Below are positions 47,618 through 57,753 of a stretch of DNA of 64,000 nucleotides, piece after piece. Position 1 is the first letter of the stretch. Every line of letters starts with the position of its first letter. Location of the stretch: positions 589 through 64,588 of the forward strand of contig CAZIPL010000002.1 in the NCBI GenBank assembly GCA_964541255.1, read 5' to 3'. A program made the translations under genes and the position numbers. The notes beneath the pieces were generated by a model. The model saw only the letters and a program-made list of their open reading frames with translations. It did no database searches and was not told where the DNA came from. Origin of the DNA: an uncultured Clostridia bacterium. GTDB lineage: Bacteria; Bacillota; Clostridia; Christensenellales; CAMQZB01.

Positions 47618-48439
47618 TTATTCGAGAGGCATATCCATTCTGCTGAATCTATCGAGTAAATCGTCTTCTTCGCTTTGGATATTTGCCATACGCTCGATTT
47701 CGTTTCGGATATTCAGCATTTCGAAATCCGTTTCGTTGATTACTTCCGCGCAAGCTTTAAGTCTTGAGATGACGTCGCTTTGCTTGGGAAGAGCTTGCTT
47801 ATATTTGAGCTGATGCTCCAAGCTTGCCCAAAAATCCATTGCGATTGTACGTATTTGCACTTCGACTTTCACTTTCTTTTTATATTCTGCAAAAAAGACG
47901 GGCACCTCGACGATAAGGTGTAAGCTTCTATAACCGCTCTCTTTCGGGCTTTGAATATAGTCCTTTTTGGTAATCAAGGTGATGTCGTCTTGCTTGAGCA
48001 GTGCGTCGGCAAGTGTATATATGTCATCGACGTACGAGCAAATGATTCTTACTCCCGCAACGTCGCGAATGTTTTCTTCGATTGCTTCCATCGAAAAAGG
48101 AAGTCCCATACGAGAGAGTTTCTCCGCGATACTCGAAGTACGCTTCAAGCGCGTCTGAATTCCCGTGATGGGATTTCTTTTATAGCGAATTTTGAATTCG
48201 GTATTCAAAACTTCGAATTTCGTGCGGATTTCCTTTATCGCACAGTTATATCTCATCATCAGCTCTTTATATTCGACTAACGTCCCCATTGCGTGCTTTG
48301 TGTGATTCATCAGTCTATTGAAAGACGCTTCCGTAACGGCGGGAACGCCTATCGAACGTGAAGACGGGTCGTTTGTCGAGTCTTTGATCCATTGGTCAAT
48401 GTCGTTAAAATCGAGTGAATCCGTCCTATCGTCTTGCAT
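47618..48439 (-). CDS. small alarmone synthetase, RelP/RelQ (YwaC/YjbM) type GTP pyrophosphokinase
   Basis: DVAGVRIICSYVDDIY...DYIQSPKESGYRSLHLIVEVP...EVQIRTIAMDFWASLEHQLKYK is collinear with B. subtilis YwaC. GGAGG RBS. Confidence 0.88.
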   Translation of the reverse strand: MQDDRTDSLDFNDIDQWIKDSTNDPSSRSIGVPAVTEASFNRLMNHTKHAMGTLVEYKELMMRYNCAIKEIRTKFEVLNTEFKIRYKRNPITGIQTRLKRTSSIAEKLSRMGLPFSMEAIEENIRDVAGVRIICSYVDDIYTLADALLKQDDITLITKKDYIQSPKESGYRSLHLIVEVPVFFAEYKKKVKVEVQIRTIAMDFWASLEHQLKYKQALPKQSDVISRLKACAEVINETDFEMLNIRNEIERMANIQSEEDDLLDRFSRMDMPLE

Positions 48440-48891
48440 TTATCGTTCCTCCTATCATTTTTTGTCTTTGGCAAATGCATAACTTTTTTTCAAAGTATTA
48501 AAAAGCTATATCAAGTATCAAAAGTATAGCAAAAAAATGCACTTCAAACAAGCGAAAGAGGAGGTTTTTGAGATAATCACATAACTTTACAGCAAATTAG
48601 TCAAAGAATCCGTAAAGCGGATTTGTTATGTGGCGCAAAAAGCGTTTTGATTTAGCTTGTTTTATATAAACGCTTGAAAAAGTTTTATCGACAGTAAAAA
48701 ACTTGACTTTTATGGAGAGCGGCGAACGTGTTTTTAGGAGCGTTGCAACTAAAAGTTGTGCATAAAAAAAGTAGTTTGTTTTATTGCTTAACTTGGGATT
48801 ATGTAAATATATATTGACGATGTTTGATATAAACATCATAAAGGGTTTAAGCTTTTAAGTTTATTTCCGTTCGGAAGTTTTTGTTGCGGAG

Positions 48892-48962
48892 TGATACCTT
48901 TTTTCGAATATGTTTCATTTGCTTTGTCGCATATTGATTTTCCGATTTTTCGGATTTATAAT
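48892..48962 (+). promoter_or_regulatory. promoter module copy 1 (ABC exporter operon)
   Basis: TGATAC-N9-AATATGTTTCA-N14-TATTGATT, a 17-nt spacer, then TATAAT. Confidence 0.6.
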
Positions 48963-49134
48963 ATACATATTTGGATGCTTATCCATTGAAATTACACCCG
49001 ATTGAGCCTAAAAGCCGTCTTTTTGCGGATTTTCAAATCTTTACTTTAAAGACCTAAAAAAGATTTTAAGGCACTCTCATTTCAACGGATATGTGTCGTG
49101 TTATTTGAAACAAAAATACATAAAGGAGAAAAAT

Positions 49135-50895
49135 ATGGCAACAAAAGTCAAAAAGAAAAAAGCTAAAAAGCTTCCGAAAAACGACTTTTTGAAAATGACG
49201 CACTTCATCAAGTTCCCATGGTTTTTGATTATTCTTGCGTCGATCTCGGCTGTTGTGGGAAGCGTCGTTACGGGTAAAGTTCCGGATGTAACGAGTACGC
49301 TTTTCGACGGCAATTTCGAAGTATCGAAGCTTTGGTCGGTTTTGGGGACGCTTCTTCTTTCCGTCGCGATAAGCCTTATCGCATACACTTTCAGAGTATA
49401 TGCGGAGTCTAAATCGACCCTCATTACGAGGAATCGCATTTGGGAAAGAATCATGAATTCGAAAACGTCTTATTTCGAATTTACCGATCCTACTTCTACG
49501 CTTAACTTCGTAACGGTAGACGCGCAGACGGTCGGTGCGGGTATGACGGAGCTTTTCATATATATTCCGCAAATGGCGACCCTTTTGATAGTCGCTATCG
49601 CGCAGGTGTTTTCTTATAGCACAAAGTTCATTCCCGCGATACTTTTGATGCTCCCGATGCACGTTGTATATTTCTTCATTATGGCGAAATGGCAGACGAG
49701 AGTTTCGAAAGAAATCGAAATCGAGACGGGACTTTTGACGGCATATTTAGCGGAAAGAATTAAAAATCTTCCTCTTATCAAGGCGTTCTGCACTCAACCC
49801 GTCGAGTCCGTAAACGGCAAAATCGCCGCAGAAAAGCTTTATAAGCTCAATATTCAATACTATGAATTGACGGTTGTTAATGCCGTTTATCAGGTTATGA
49901 CGCCGATAGTCGGCACGGTCATCGCGGTTATTTACGGCGGAAGCTTGCTTAAAGCGGGAGAAATCACCGTTCCGAATTTCGTCGCGCTAATAACCTACAT
50001 GGCGTCGATAAATTCCGTAATCATGGTCGTTGCGATAGTATACGTATTCGTCAAGGCTTTCCATGGAACGACTTATCGTCTTGCGAGATTGTTCGAGTCG
50101 GAGCCCGAAGAAATCGATGAAAAGGTAGGCGAAACAAACGTTCAAAACGGCGATATAGCGTTTAAGGACATAACGTTCGGATATGGAAAGAAAGAGAATG
50201 TTATCGAAAACGTATCGTTCAGCGTTCCGCAAGGAAAAATCACAGCTCTCGTAGGACCGTCGGGAAGCGGCAAAACGACTTTAATCAAACTACTCGAAAG
50301 ATTGTACGCTCCGAAATCGGGAGAAATCACGATTGGCGGCAGAAACATCGACGAATATAACGTTCAAAGCTTCAGAAGAAAAATCGCGTACGTAATTCAG
50401 GACGCGGGAATATTCAGCGGAAAAATCAGAGAAAGCTTCTGCTACGGCGTAGAAAGAGTTGTGTCTGACGAGGAATTGAGAAATGTTGCCGAAAAGGTCG
50501 GATTGTTGGAATACATTGACTCGTTACCCAACGGCTTCGACACCGAGCTTGCTTATTGGGGATCGTCCCTTTCGGGCGGACAGAGACAGCGTATCGTTAT
50601 AGCAAGAGCGCTTTTGAGAACGGATTCCGACGTATTCATTTTCGACGAACCTACAAGCGCACTCGATCCCGAAACCGCAAACGACATCACGAAGCTTATT
50701 TTCGAAGACTTCGAGAATAAGACGATAATCATAATTTCTCACGAGCTTAGATTTATCGCTAAATCCGACAATATCGTCGTCATCAAAAAGGGCGAGCTTC
50801 TCGGAGAGGGCGAGCACGAAAAGCTTATGGCAACATGCGACGTATATTGCGACCTTGTCGAAGAACAAAGCTACAAGGAGGTATTCGGCAAATGA
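49135..50895 (+). CDS. ABC transporter ATP-binding/permease protein (exporter half-transporter 1)
   Basis: Six-TM domain plus an NBD (GPSGSGKTT, LSGGQRQR, IFIFDEPTSALD). The ATG at 49135 follows AAGGAG. Confidence 0.9.
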   Translation: MATKVKKKKAKKLPKNDFLKMTHFIKFPWFLIILASISAVVGSVVTGKVPDVTSTLFDGNFEVSKLWSVLGTLLLSVAISLIAYTFRVYAESKSTLITRNRIWERIMNSKTSYFEFTDPTSTLNFVTVDAQTVGAGMTELFIYIPQMATLLIVAIAQVFSYSTKFIPAILLMLPMHVVYFFIMAKWQTRVSKEIEIETGLLTAYLAERIKNLPLIKAFCTQPVESVNGKIAAEKLYKLNIQYYELTVVNAVYQVMTPIVGTVIAVIYGGSLLKAGEITVPNFVALITYMASINSVIMVVAIVYVFVKAFHGTTYRLARLFESEPEEIDEKVGETNVQNGDIAFKDITFGYGKKENVIENVSFSVPQGKITALVGPSGSGKTTLIKLLERLYAPKSGEITIGGRNIDEYNVQSFRRKIAYVIQDAGIFSGKIRESFCYGVERVVSDEELRNVAEKVGLLEYIDSLPNGFDTELAYWGSSLSGGQRQRIVIARALLRTDSDVFIFDEPTSALDPETANDITKLIFEDFENKTIIIISHELRFIAKSDNIVVIKKGELLGEGEHEKLMATCDVYCDLVEEQSYKEVFGK

Positions 50896-52679
50896 AAAAC
50901 AGAAAGAACGATAAAAAGTCAAACGGCAATACTGTTTTCGAAACAAAGCCGAGAATCACGGTAGACGTCGATAAAGTAGGTTTTTTCCAGCTTTTCGATA
51001 TATATAAAGGGGTAAAAATCCCTTGGTTATTGCTTGTTATAGGCTTGATTATTTATATCACGGTGGCGGTTTTGAACCTTAACGTCGCGACTTTTTCGGG
51101 CGATATGATCGATGCGTCGGGCGCTGTTCCGACCGACCAGCTTGTCAAATATATCGTATCCGCAGTTGTTATCTGCATTTTGACGGGCGTATATATGATG
51201 CTTACGGGTATTGCGTATTCGAAGATTATTCTCGGGGTCAGAACAAAGCTTTGGGATAAGGTCATGAAGATAAAGCAAAAGACTTATGACGCAGACGGAG
51301 GCGAATCGCTCGTTTCCCGTGTCGTTCAGGACTGCGAATATGCGTGCAAATACTTCGAAATCACGCTCTCTATCATTGCAACGCTTGTATCTACCGTGAT
51401 ATACGTCGTAGGAATGTATAAGCTTAGTGCTAAGCTTTCCAATTACGTTTTGATTTTCATCCCCGTAAGTATACTTCTCGGATGGGGTTACTCGGTGCTT
51501 AAGTTCATTATGGCGGCAAAATATCAAGGACTTATCGCAAAATCGACGGCTTATCTTGTCGAAAGAACGAAAGACCTTACTCTTATCAAAACTTGCAACG
51601 CGCAAAACAGAGAAATTGCCGAAGGTCAGAGATACTTCGTCGAGCAATACGACGTTCAGTTCAAGATCGGAATGGTGCAAAACCTTTCCACAATGATAAA
51701 CGAACTTCTCAACCTTATCTCTATTATAATCCCGTTCGTTGTCGGTGCGGCACTGTTTTCGGCGGGCGAAGTTACGCTCGGCGCGATAGTTTCGCTTAGC
51801 GGACTTTTCGGCAACGTCAAGACGTCGTTCAACAACCTTATCACCAATGTAGGTTTATATAAAGAAGCAAACGGCGCGCTTGCAAGAGTTAAAAAGGTTC
51901 TCGAATACGAAGAAGAAGCTCTCGATGAGGGAGAATCGTTAGGCGGAGCGGTTTCGGATATCGAATTCAATAATGTCGATTTCAGATACACCGCGGATAA
52001 GAATATTTTGAATCAGCTTTCTTTCCATATTCCTAAGAATAAAGTTACGGCGATTGTCGGAACGAACGGCTCGGGCAAAACTACGACGATTAAGCTTATT
52101 GACAGACTTTATGAACCTAACGATGGCGTGATTTATTACGGCGGCGTCGATGCGAGAAAATATTCGCTCAAGTCTTGGCGTGATAAATTCTGTCTTATCG
52201 CGCAAGGCTCTCCCATGATGGCGGGAACCATTCGCGAGAATATTTGCTACGGAAAAGAAAACGTCTCGGAAGAAAGACTTATGGAAGTTGCGAAGCTTTC
52301 GCACGTATGGGATTTCGTCAAGGATCTCCCCGACGGCTTCGATTCTTATGTGGCGCCCGGCGGAAATAACTTCTCGGGCGGACAAAAACAGTGCATCGCG
52401 ATCGCAAGAGCGATGATGAGCGATAAGGAATATTTGGTTCTCGACGAGGCGACGAGCAATCTCGATATAAGAAGAGAACACGATGTTTTGGCGGCGGTCA
52501 ATACTTTTGCCAAAGACAGAACGACCGTTATCATTGCACATTCTCTTGCCGCAGTTAAGAACGCAGATCACGTTATAGTAATCAAAAACGGCGTTTTAGA
52601 AAGCGAGGGCGAACCGTCGATTATTCTCAATCAAACGGATAATTACCTTGCCAAGATGATGAATAGAGCTAACGTATAA
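50892..52679 (+). CDS. ABC transporter ATP-binding/permease protein (exporter half-transporter 2)
   Basis: GTNGSGKTT, FSGGQKQC, LVLDEATSNLD. ATGA overlap with the upstream gene implies a heterodimeric pair. Confidence 0.9.
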   Translation: MKNRKNDKKSNGNTVFETKPRITVDVDKVGFFQLFDIYKGVKIPWLLLVIGLIIYITVAVLNLNVATFSGDMIDASGAVPTDQLVKYIVSAVVICILTGVYMMLTGIAYSKIILGVRTKLWDKVMKIKQKTYDADGGESLVSRVVQDCEYACKYFEITLSIIATLVSTVIYVVGMYKLSAKLSNYVLIFIPVSILLGWGYSVLKFIMAAKYQGLIAKSTAYLVERTKDLTLIKTCNAQNREIAEGQRYFVEQYDVQFKIGMVQNLSTMINELLNLISIIIPFVVGAALFSAGEVTLGAIVSLSGLFGNVKTSFNNLITNVGLYKEANGALARVKKVLEYEEEALDEGESLGGAVSDIEFNNVDFRYTADKNILNQLSFHIPKNKVTAIVGTNGSGKTTTIKLIDRLYEPNDGVIYYGGVDARKYSLKSWRDKFCLIAQGSPMMAGTIRENICYGKENVSEERLMEVAKLSHVWDFVKDLPDGFDSYVAPGGNNFSGGQKQCIAIARAMMSDKEYLVLDEATSNLDIRREHDVLAAVNTFAKDRTTVIIAHSLAAVKNADHVIVIKNGVLESEGEPSIILNQTDNYLAKMMNRANV

Positions 52680-52807
52680 TGCGTGCGGCTATATTTGATT
52701 TAGGGATTTGCAAGTCATAATTCCTAAGGACTCATTTTAGGGGGTTGTTTGGATTTAAATATTTAAAACTGCAATAAAATCTCATTATAGATTTTTTCTC
52801 CTTGAGT

Positions 52808-52845
52808 AAAAGAAGCTTCCTTAAAAAGGGAGCTTTCTTTTTTGT
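52808..52845 (+). terminator. probable terminator after ABC pair
   Basis: Imperfect hairpin aaagaagcttcc/ggagctttcttt followed by TTTTTTG. Confidence 0.45.
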
Positions 52846-53040
52846 CAAAAAAAAGGAAAAACAAAAAGCTCGTAATTTAATAAAGCGTAATTATACTATT
52901 AAAGCATAAGATGCATATTTTTGAACGAAAAACATAATTGTTTTGAAAATTTGGCGGCAAATATGTCGCTTTTTCGATACTTTTTATTTATATTTATCAA
53001 ATACGTTGAAAAAATAGTTTCGATGTGATAAAATTATCAT

Positions 53041-54207
53041 ATGCAAAAAGTGAGTGCTGTTTTATCTTTAATATTGGTTCTTGTTCTTTTGTCTGCTTGC
53101 GGAAAGTCGGACAATTTCCGCTATAAAAGAGACGTCGAAACGTTCAATACATCGTCGCTTTTATATCTATACGGCGATTTCGAAAATCGTGAAACGGAAT
53201 CCGATCTTGAAAATTGCTGGGCGAAAATCGAGGAAGAACTTGAAAAAATAGAAAATGCCGTGTCGGTTGAAATCGAATCCTCTGACGTATATAGATTTAA
53301 TAACGCATCTTGCGGCGAAAAGGTTCTTGTTTCGGAAACGACTGCGAAAATATTTGAAATTGCTAAAAAAATATACGAGAAAAGCGGCGGGAAGTACGAT
53401 CCGACGGTTTTCCCTTTGGTAGATTTATGGGGATTTTCGCCAAGATTCTTCGAAAACTATGAAATGTCTGAGCCTTATGACAGAAAGAAAAGCTCGAACG
53501 GAGCTATCGAGCTTCCCGATTCGAAGTATGTCGAAGCGTTCAAAAGCCTTGTAGGGTTCGATAAAATCGTTTTGACGAAAGAAAACGGCGAGTATTATTT
53601 GACGAAAAACATAAAATCCGTCGTCGTTGACGGAGTGGAGTATCAAGCCAAAATCGATTTCGGCGGAATAGCGAAAGGCTATGCGACGGACGTTGCGCTT
53701 GAAATAATGAAAGAATACGGCTTTTACGAGGGGTATTTTTCGTGCGGAACGAGTAGTATTGCCTTTTTGGAAAACGGAGGGAACAGCGCGAAAGACAAAT
53801 GCTTCGAGCTGTCGATAAGAAAACCTCGAACGACAAGCGAAAACGGTAGCGCGTATGCGTCCGTTGCGGTCAAAAACGTTTGCGTTTCGACAAGCGGCGA
53901 TTATGAAAGATATTACGAAATCGACGGAGTCAGATATTGCCACATAATCGATCCCGAAACGTGCTGTCCGATTGACGGCGAAAAAGAATCGTATATTATG
54001 AGCGTAACGCTTATCGGCGAAAGCGCGGCGGAGCTTGACGGCCTTTCGACGGCTGTCATGACTATGACTCTTAACGAGGCGAAAAGCTTTTTGAAAAAGA
54101 ACGGAATAGACGGCGTAATCGCATATTGCGAAAATGGCGAATACTTGGTATATTCGACAATTTCAAATAAAACGGAAATCAAAGACGGAAATTATATACT
54201 TAGATAG
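53041..54207 (+). CDS. apbE: FAD:protein FMN transferase (ApbE-family lipoprotein)
   Basis: Signal peptide with an LSAC lipobox; FDPTVFPLVDLWGF, DFGGIAKGYA, STSGDYERYY and HIIDPET motifs. Confidence 0.85.
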   Translation: MQKVSAVLSLILVLVLLSACGKSDNFRYKRDVETFNTSSLLYLYGDFENRETESDLENCWAKIEEELEKIENAVSVEIESSDVYRFNNASCGEKVLVSETTAKIFEIAKKIYEKSGGKYDPTVFPLVDLWGFSPRFFENYEMSEPYDRKKSSNGAIELPDSKYVEAFKSLVGFDKIVLTKENGEYYLTKNIKSVVVDGVEYQAKIDFGGIAKGYATDVALEIMKEYGFYEGYFSCGTSSIAFLENGGNSAKDKCFELSIRKPRTTSENGSAYASVAVKNVCVSTSGDYERYYEIDGVRYCHIIDPETCCPIDGEKESYIMSVTLIGESAAELDGLSTAVMTMTLNEAKSFLKKNGIDGVIAYCENGEYLVYSTISNKTEIKDGNYILR

Positions 54208-54212
54208 TTTTT

Positions 54213-54671
54213 ATGAAAAAAAGCGACGGAGACAAAAATAGTTTATTTTTTAAGAAAGGCGATATAATAATTTACGCCCTTGTTTTCGTTGCTATTATTC
54301 TTTCGTTTTTGCCTATTGTTATGTCAAAAAGCGGCGAGATAGATGTCGTTGTCGTCACGGATTTAGAGAAAAACTCGGAAATTTTTTCTTACTCTGTTGC
54401 AAGCGGCGAATATACTTATGACGAAAGGCTTGTTATGGTTGAAAAAACCGACGGCGCTCTTGTTGTTACGATAGAAAAAGGTGATAAAAAAAACGTTCTT
54501 GTCGTAGAAAAAAACGGCGAGACGTATATGAAAGAAGCCAACTGCTCGATAAACGCGGATTGCGTGCATAGCGACAAAATAACGAAGTCAAACGATGCGA
54601 TAATATGTCTTCCGCATAAGCTCGAAGTGGTCGGGAAAGGAAGCGAAGAGGGGGAAATCATAATCGGATGA
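54213..54671 (+). CDS. NusG domain II-containing membrane-anchored protein
   Basis: 152 aa with an N-terminal TM helix and a beta-rich domain ending in CLPHKLEV. Typical partner of ApbE and Gx transporter genes. Confidence 0.6.
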   Translation: MKKSDGDKNSLFFKKGDIIIYALVFVAIILSFLPIVMSKSGEIDVVVVTDLEKNSEIFSYSVASGEYTYDERLVMVEKTDGALVVTIEKGDKKNVLVVEKNGETYMKEANCSINADCVHSDKITKSNDAIICLPHKLEVVGKGSEEGEIIIG

Positions 54672-55171
54672 AAAAGCTCTCGTCAAAAAAAATCGCATTG
54701 CTTGGAATTTTGACTGCGCTTGCGCTTATTTCATATCTTTTAGAAGGACTTTTGCCGCCGCTTTTTATTCCCGGAGCCAAAATAGGCATATCGAACGTAT
54801 TCACTTTGCTTTGCATCTGCCTTGTGTCGCCTTTTAGCGGTGTAGTACTAATAATCGTTCGAACGGTGCTTGCAAGCTTAATCGCAGGCTCGATTTCTTC
54901 GCTTATATATAGCTTTTTGGCAGGACTTACGGCGACAATATTTATGGCTGTTGTGTTCAAGCTTTTTAGAGAAAAGCTTTCGCTTATTTCGATATCTATA
55001 GGCGGCGCGGTTATTCATAACGCCGTGCAGCTTCTGATATACTTTTGGCTGACGGGATCTGAATTTGTGATTTCGTATTTGCCTTATCTTGTGTTAATCG
55101 GTATATTTTCGGGTGCAATTGTCGGTTTTTTAACGGCGATTATCTATAAATACAAAGAAAAAATCATTTAG
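54668..55171 (+). CDS. Gx transporter family protein (heptaprenyl-diphosphate-synthase-component-I-like membrane protein)
   Basis: 167 aa, five-TM type; KIGISNVFTL, GGAVIHNAVQL. ATGA overlap with the upstream gene. Confidence 0.65.
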   Translation: MKKLSSKKIALLGILTALALISYLLEGLLPPLFIPGAKIGISNVFTLLCICLVSPFSGVVLIIVRTVLASLIAGSISSLIYSFLAGLTATIFMAVVFKLFREKLSLISISIGGAVIHNAVQLLIYFWLTGSEFVISYLPYLVLIGIFSGAIVGFLTAIIYKYKEKII

Positions 55172-55180
55172 GAGAAGACT

Positions 55181-56155
55181 ATGGAAAAGTTCGGTTGGTG
55201 TTTTATCGGAACGGGTAGACTTGCAAATCAGGTTGCAGATCAAATCATTAAAAGCGGTAGGCACGAGATTGTTTCTTGCTATACGAGAAACTTCGAAAAC
55301 GCAAAAGCGTTTGGTGAAAAGTTCGGTGCAAAGGCTTATGAAAACGCAGAAGACGCAATGAGTGCCGAGTGTGTTGATTGCGTATATATCGTAACAACGC
55401 ACAACGTACATTATCGCTTTGCAAAAATGGCGATAGAGCTTAGTAAACCCGTACTTTGCGAAAAAGCGTTTACGGTTACGGCGAAAGAGGCGGACGAATT
55501 GATTGCGTTGGCGAAAGAGAAAAAGGTCTATCTTGCCGAAGCTATGTGGACGTGGTTTTCGCCCGTTGCGAACAAGGTCAAGGAATGGGTGGACTGCGAA
55601 TTGGGTGAAATACTCGATGCGAAGTTTTTTTATCATATGAAATCGATAAATTACGCGCCGAGAGTTTCCGATCCGAAGCGTGCCGGCGGAGCGTTGCTTG
55701 ACATTACCGTCTATCCGATTACATACGCATACAGACTTTGGGGTATGCCCGAAAAAATCGAGGCGGTAGGAAAAATCGAAAACGGCATAGACGTGGGCGA
55801 AGACGTTACGCTTTATTTTGAAAACGGCAAAAAGGCGTTTATTACGGCTTCCATTGTCGATATGAAAGGCAAGGAAAAGTTGACGATTGTCGGAGAAAAC
55901 GGAAAGATAATCGCGCCATACTTCCATTGCTTAAACAGCGTAAGCATGAAGCTTAAAGGAAAAAGAAAGACGAAATTCAAAGGTAACGGCGGATTTGTTA
56001 TCTCATATCTTGAAGAGTTCGACAAGGTTTCCGAAGAAATCAGACAAGGCTTGACGGAAAGTAGGTTCGTTCCTCTTCAAGCTACGTCCGACGTTATGCA
56101 CATTATGGACGAGGTGAGAAATCAAATAGGATTGAATTATTCGGAGCTTGAATAA
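55181..56155 (+). CDS. Gfo/Idh/MocA-family NAD(P)-dependent oxidoreductase
   Basis: FGWCFIGTGRLANQ Rossmann motif and an EKAF motif. Confidence 0.85.
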   Translation: MEKFGWCFIGTGRLANQVADQIIKSGRHEIVSCYTRNFENAKAFGEKFGAKAYENAEDAMSAECVDCVYIVTTHNVHYRFAKMAIELSKPVLCEKAFTVTAKEADELIALAKEKKVYLAEAMWTWFSPVANKVKEWVDCELGEILDAKFFYHMKSINYAPRVSDPKRAGGALLDITVYPITYAYRLWGMPEKIEAVGKIENGIDVGEDVTLYFENGKKAFITASIVDMKGKEKLTIVGENGKIIAPYFHCLNSVSMKLKGKRKTKFKGNGGFVISYLEEFDKVSEEIRQGLTESRFVPLQATSDVMHIMDEVRNQIGLNYSELE

Positions 56156-56302
56156 GTAATTGATTTCAAGAGTTGGTTCATATAATTCCAAAAGGTTTTT
56201 GCATGGATTATTTATCTTCGTAACAGAATATGGATTATCTGTTTGTGTATAATCTTTTGGATTGTATCTCAAACAATAAAAAAGTTTAATATAACAAGTT
56301 TA

Positions 56303-56334
56303 GACGAGTTCGATTTTGTCGAGCTCGTTTTTTA
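56303..56334 (+). terminator. Rho-independent terminator after oxidoreductase gene
   Basis: gacgagttcga/tcgagctcgt stem (one mismatch) followed by TTTTT. Confidence 0.7.
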
Positions 56335-56527
56335 TGTAAAAAAGAATCGATAGGCTATCCGTTGACGATCTCGCAATTGAGCGATAACTTCTTATGGGGT
56401 GTAATACGCAAAGTATTATTTCGTTTGTTTGCCTTGTTTTTCTTTAATCTCGGGTTAAAACGCGAGATACCTCAAAGTGGTCTTTCTTGTGATTTTCAAA
56501 TTTTTTTTGTAGTTATACTGTCGTTAA

Positions 56528-56622
56528 TGATACTATTTTACGAATATGTTTCAAAAGGGCGGACGGGTATTGACAACGGTGTTTTGTTGGCTTAAAATAG
56601 CTTTATTCGATACTGTAGTATC
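56528..56622 (+). promoter_or_regulatory. promoter module copy 2 plus operator palindrome (MBL hydrolase gene)
   Basis: TGATAC-N9-AATATGTTTCA-N14-TATTGACA, a 17-nt spacer, then TAAAAT. This is followed by GATACTGTAGTATC at 56609-56622. Confidence 0.6.
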
Positions 56623-56638
56623 ATTTTTAGGGGGATTT

Positions 56639-57481
56639 ATGCCTAAAATCAAAAGAGCGGTCGATTATATCGTCAAAGAAGTGATGCCGAATGTTTGGGA
56701 GATTTGCGCGTCCGCCGTGCAAATGCATTTGGTGGTAGGATGCACTCATGCGCTTTTGATAGACACGGGATACGGATTAGACGATCCGACGCCTATAATA
56801 AAGTCAATAACAGATCTTCCGCTTTATGTCCTCAATTCGCACGGTCATATAGACCATGCCGGCGGCAACGGATTTTTCGAAAAGGCATATATGCACCCCG
56901 ACGACATCGAACCGTATACGAGGCAAAACGGCGAGGAAATGCGAAGAGGGGTTGTCGAAACTCTGAAGTTTTTCCAAAAGATATTGTTTTTCAGGCGTAT
57001 CGTTCCGAAAAACTTAGACGTCGAAAAATATGCGAAAGTCGAGTTCGATAATTTTATCGATATACGCGAGGGCTTCGAGTTCGATTTAGGCGGACTCACG
57101 GCAAAAATCATCGAGCTTCCCGGACACACGAAAGGCTCTGTCGGCATTTTAATCGAGGAACTTAGGCTTTTATATACGACCGACGCGATTTGCCCTGCGA
57201 CTTGGCTTTTTCTTCCCGAATCGACTAAGCTTTCGGAATACGTCAAATCGATAGAAAAAGCGCTGTCGATCGATTTTGATTATTTCATCACGGGACATTC
57301 GCCGAAGCTTTTTCCGAAAAAGGATATGTATGACTATTTAGCTGTTGCGAAAGACCCCGATTTCGAGCACGGCAAAAAGAAAAAGGCAACCGCGTTTAGC
57401 GGAGGGCGTGTCGAAGTCGTTTGCTACGGCAAAGAAAAACGGAAGGGCATTTCGCTTCATATTTCAGAAGATAAGCTATAG
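56639..57481 (+). CDS. MBL-fold metallo-hydrolase
   Basis: The NSHGHIDHAGGN (HxHxDH) motif. The ATG at 56639 follows GGGGGA; the track ORF extends upstream through the promoter. Confidence 0.85.
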   Translation: MPKIKRAVDYIVKEVMPNVWEICASAVQMHLVVGCTHALLIDTGYGLDDPTPIIKSITDLPLYVLNSHGHIDHAGGNGFFEKAYMHPDDIEPYTRQNGEEMRRGVVETLKFFQKILFFRRIVPKNLDVEKYAKVEFDNFIDIREGFEFDLGGLTAKIIELPGHTKGSVGILIEELRLLYTTDAICPATWLFLPESTKLSEYVKSIEKALSIDFDYFITGHSPKLFPKKDMYDYLAVAKDPDFEHGKKKKATAFSGGRVEVVCYGKEKRKGISLHISEDKL

Positions 57482-57753
57482 TAATTCGATTTTATAAATA
57501 ATAGGAATAATGCGGCTTGTTGTTTCGAGCTTAGAAATCTTTAAGACAAAATAGAGAAGAATTATTAAAAAGAACAAAAGAATTGCGTTCTAAATTTGAT
57601 GTGAACCCCAAAGGTTAGACATGAAAGTGACAAACTTTAGGAGGTGCATTTCAATTTACTACGGTTTATTGAAAAACAAAATATGGTTTTAATCCGAAAG
57701 CCTCTAATAAAGCTTTCGGGGCAGATAAATAACATAATATCAGGAGGAAAATT

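Noticed and set aside
47618-48439. Toxic small alarmone synthetase (toxSAS) toxin-antitoxin module
   Set aside because: The protein is collinear with housekeeping RelP/RelQ (YwaC/YjbM) throughout the catalytic core. The adjacent gene is an ordinary AraC regulator 71 nt away, not a small overlapping antitoxin gene.
56546-56638. N-terminal extension of the MBL hydrolase (MFQKGGRVLTT...) or a conserved uORF; a similar MFQNGGAVLT... reading occurs at 60892
   Set aside because: No RBS precedes either ATG. The similarity is better explained as the shared promoter module (AATATGTTTCA-N14-TATTGAC). The hydrolase has a good RBS and ATG at 56639.
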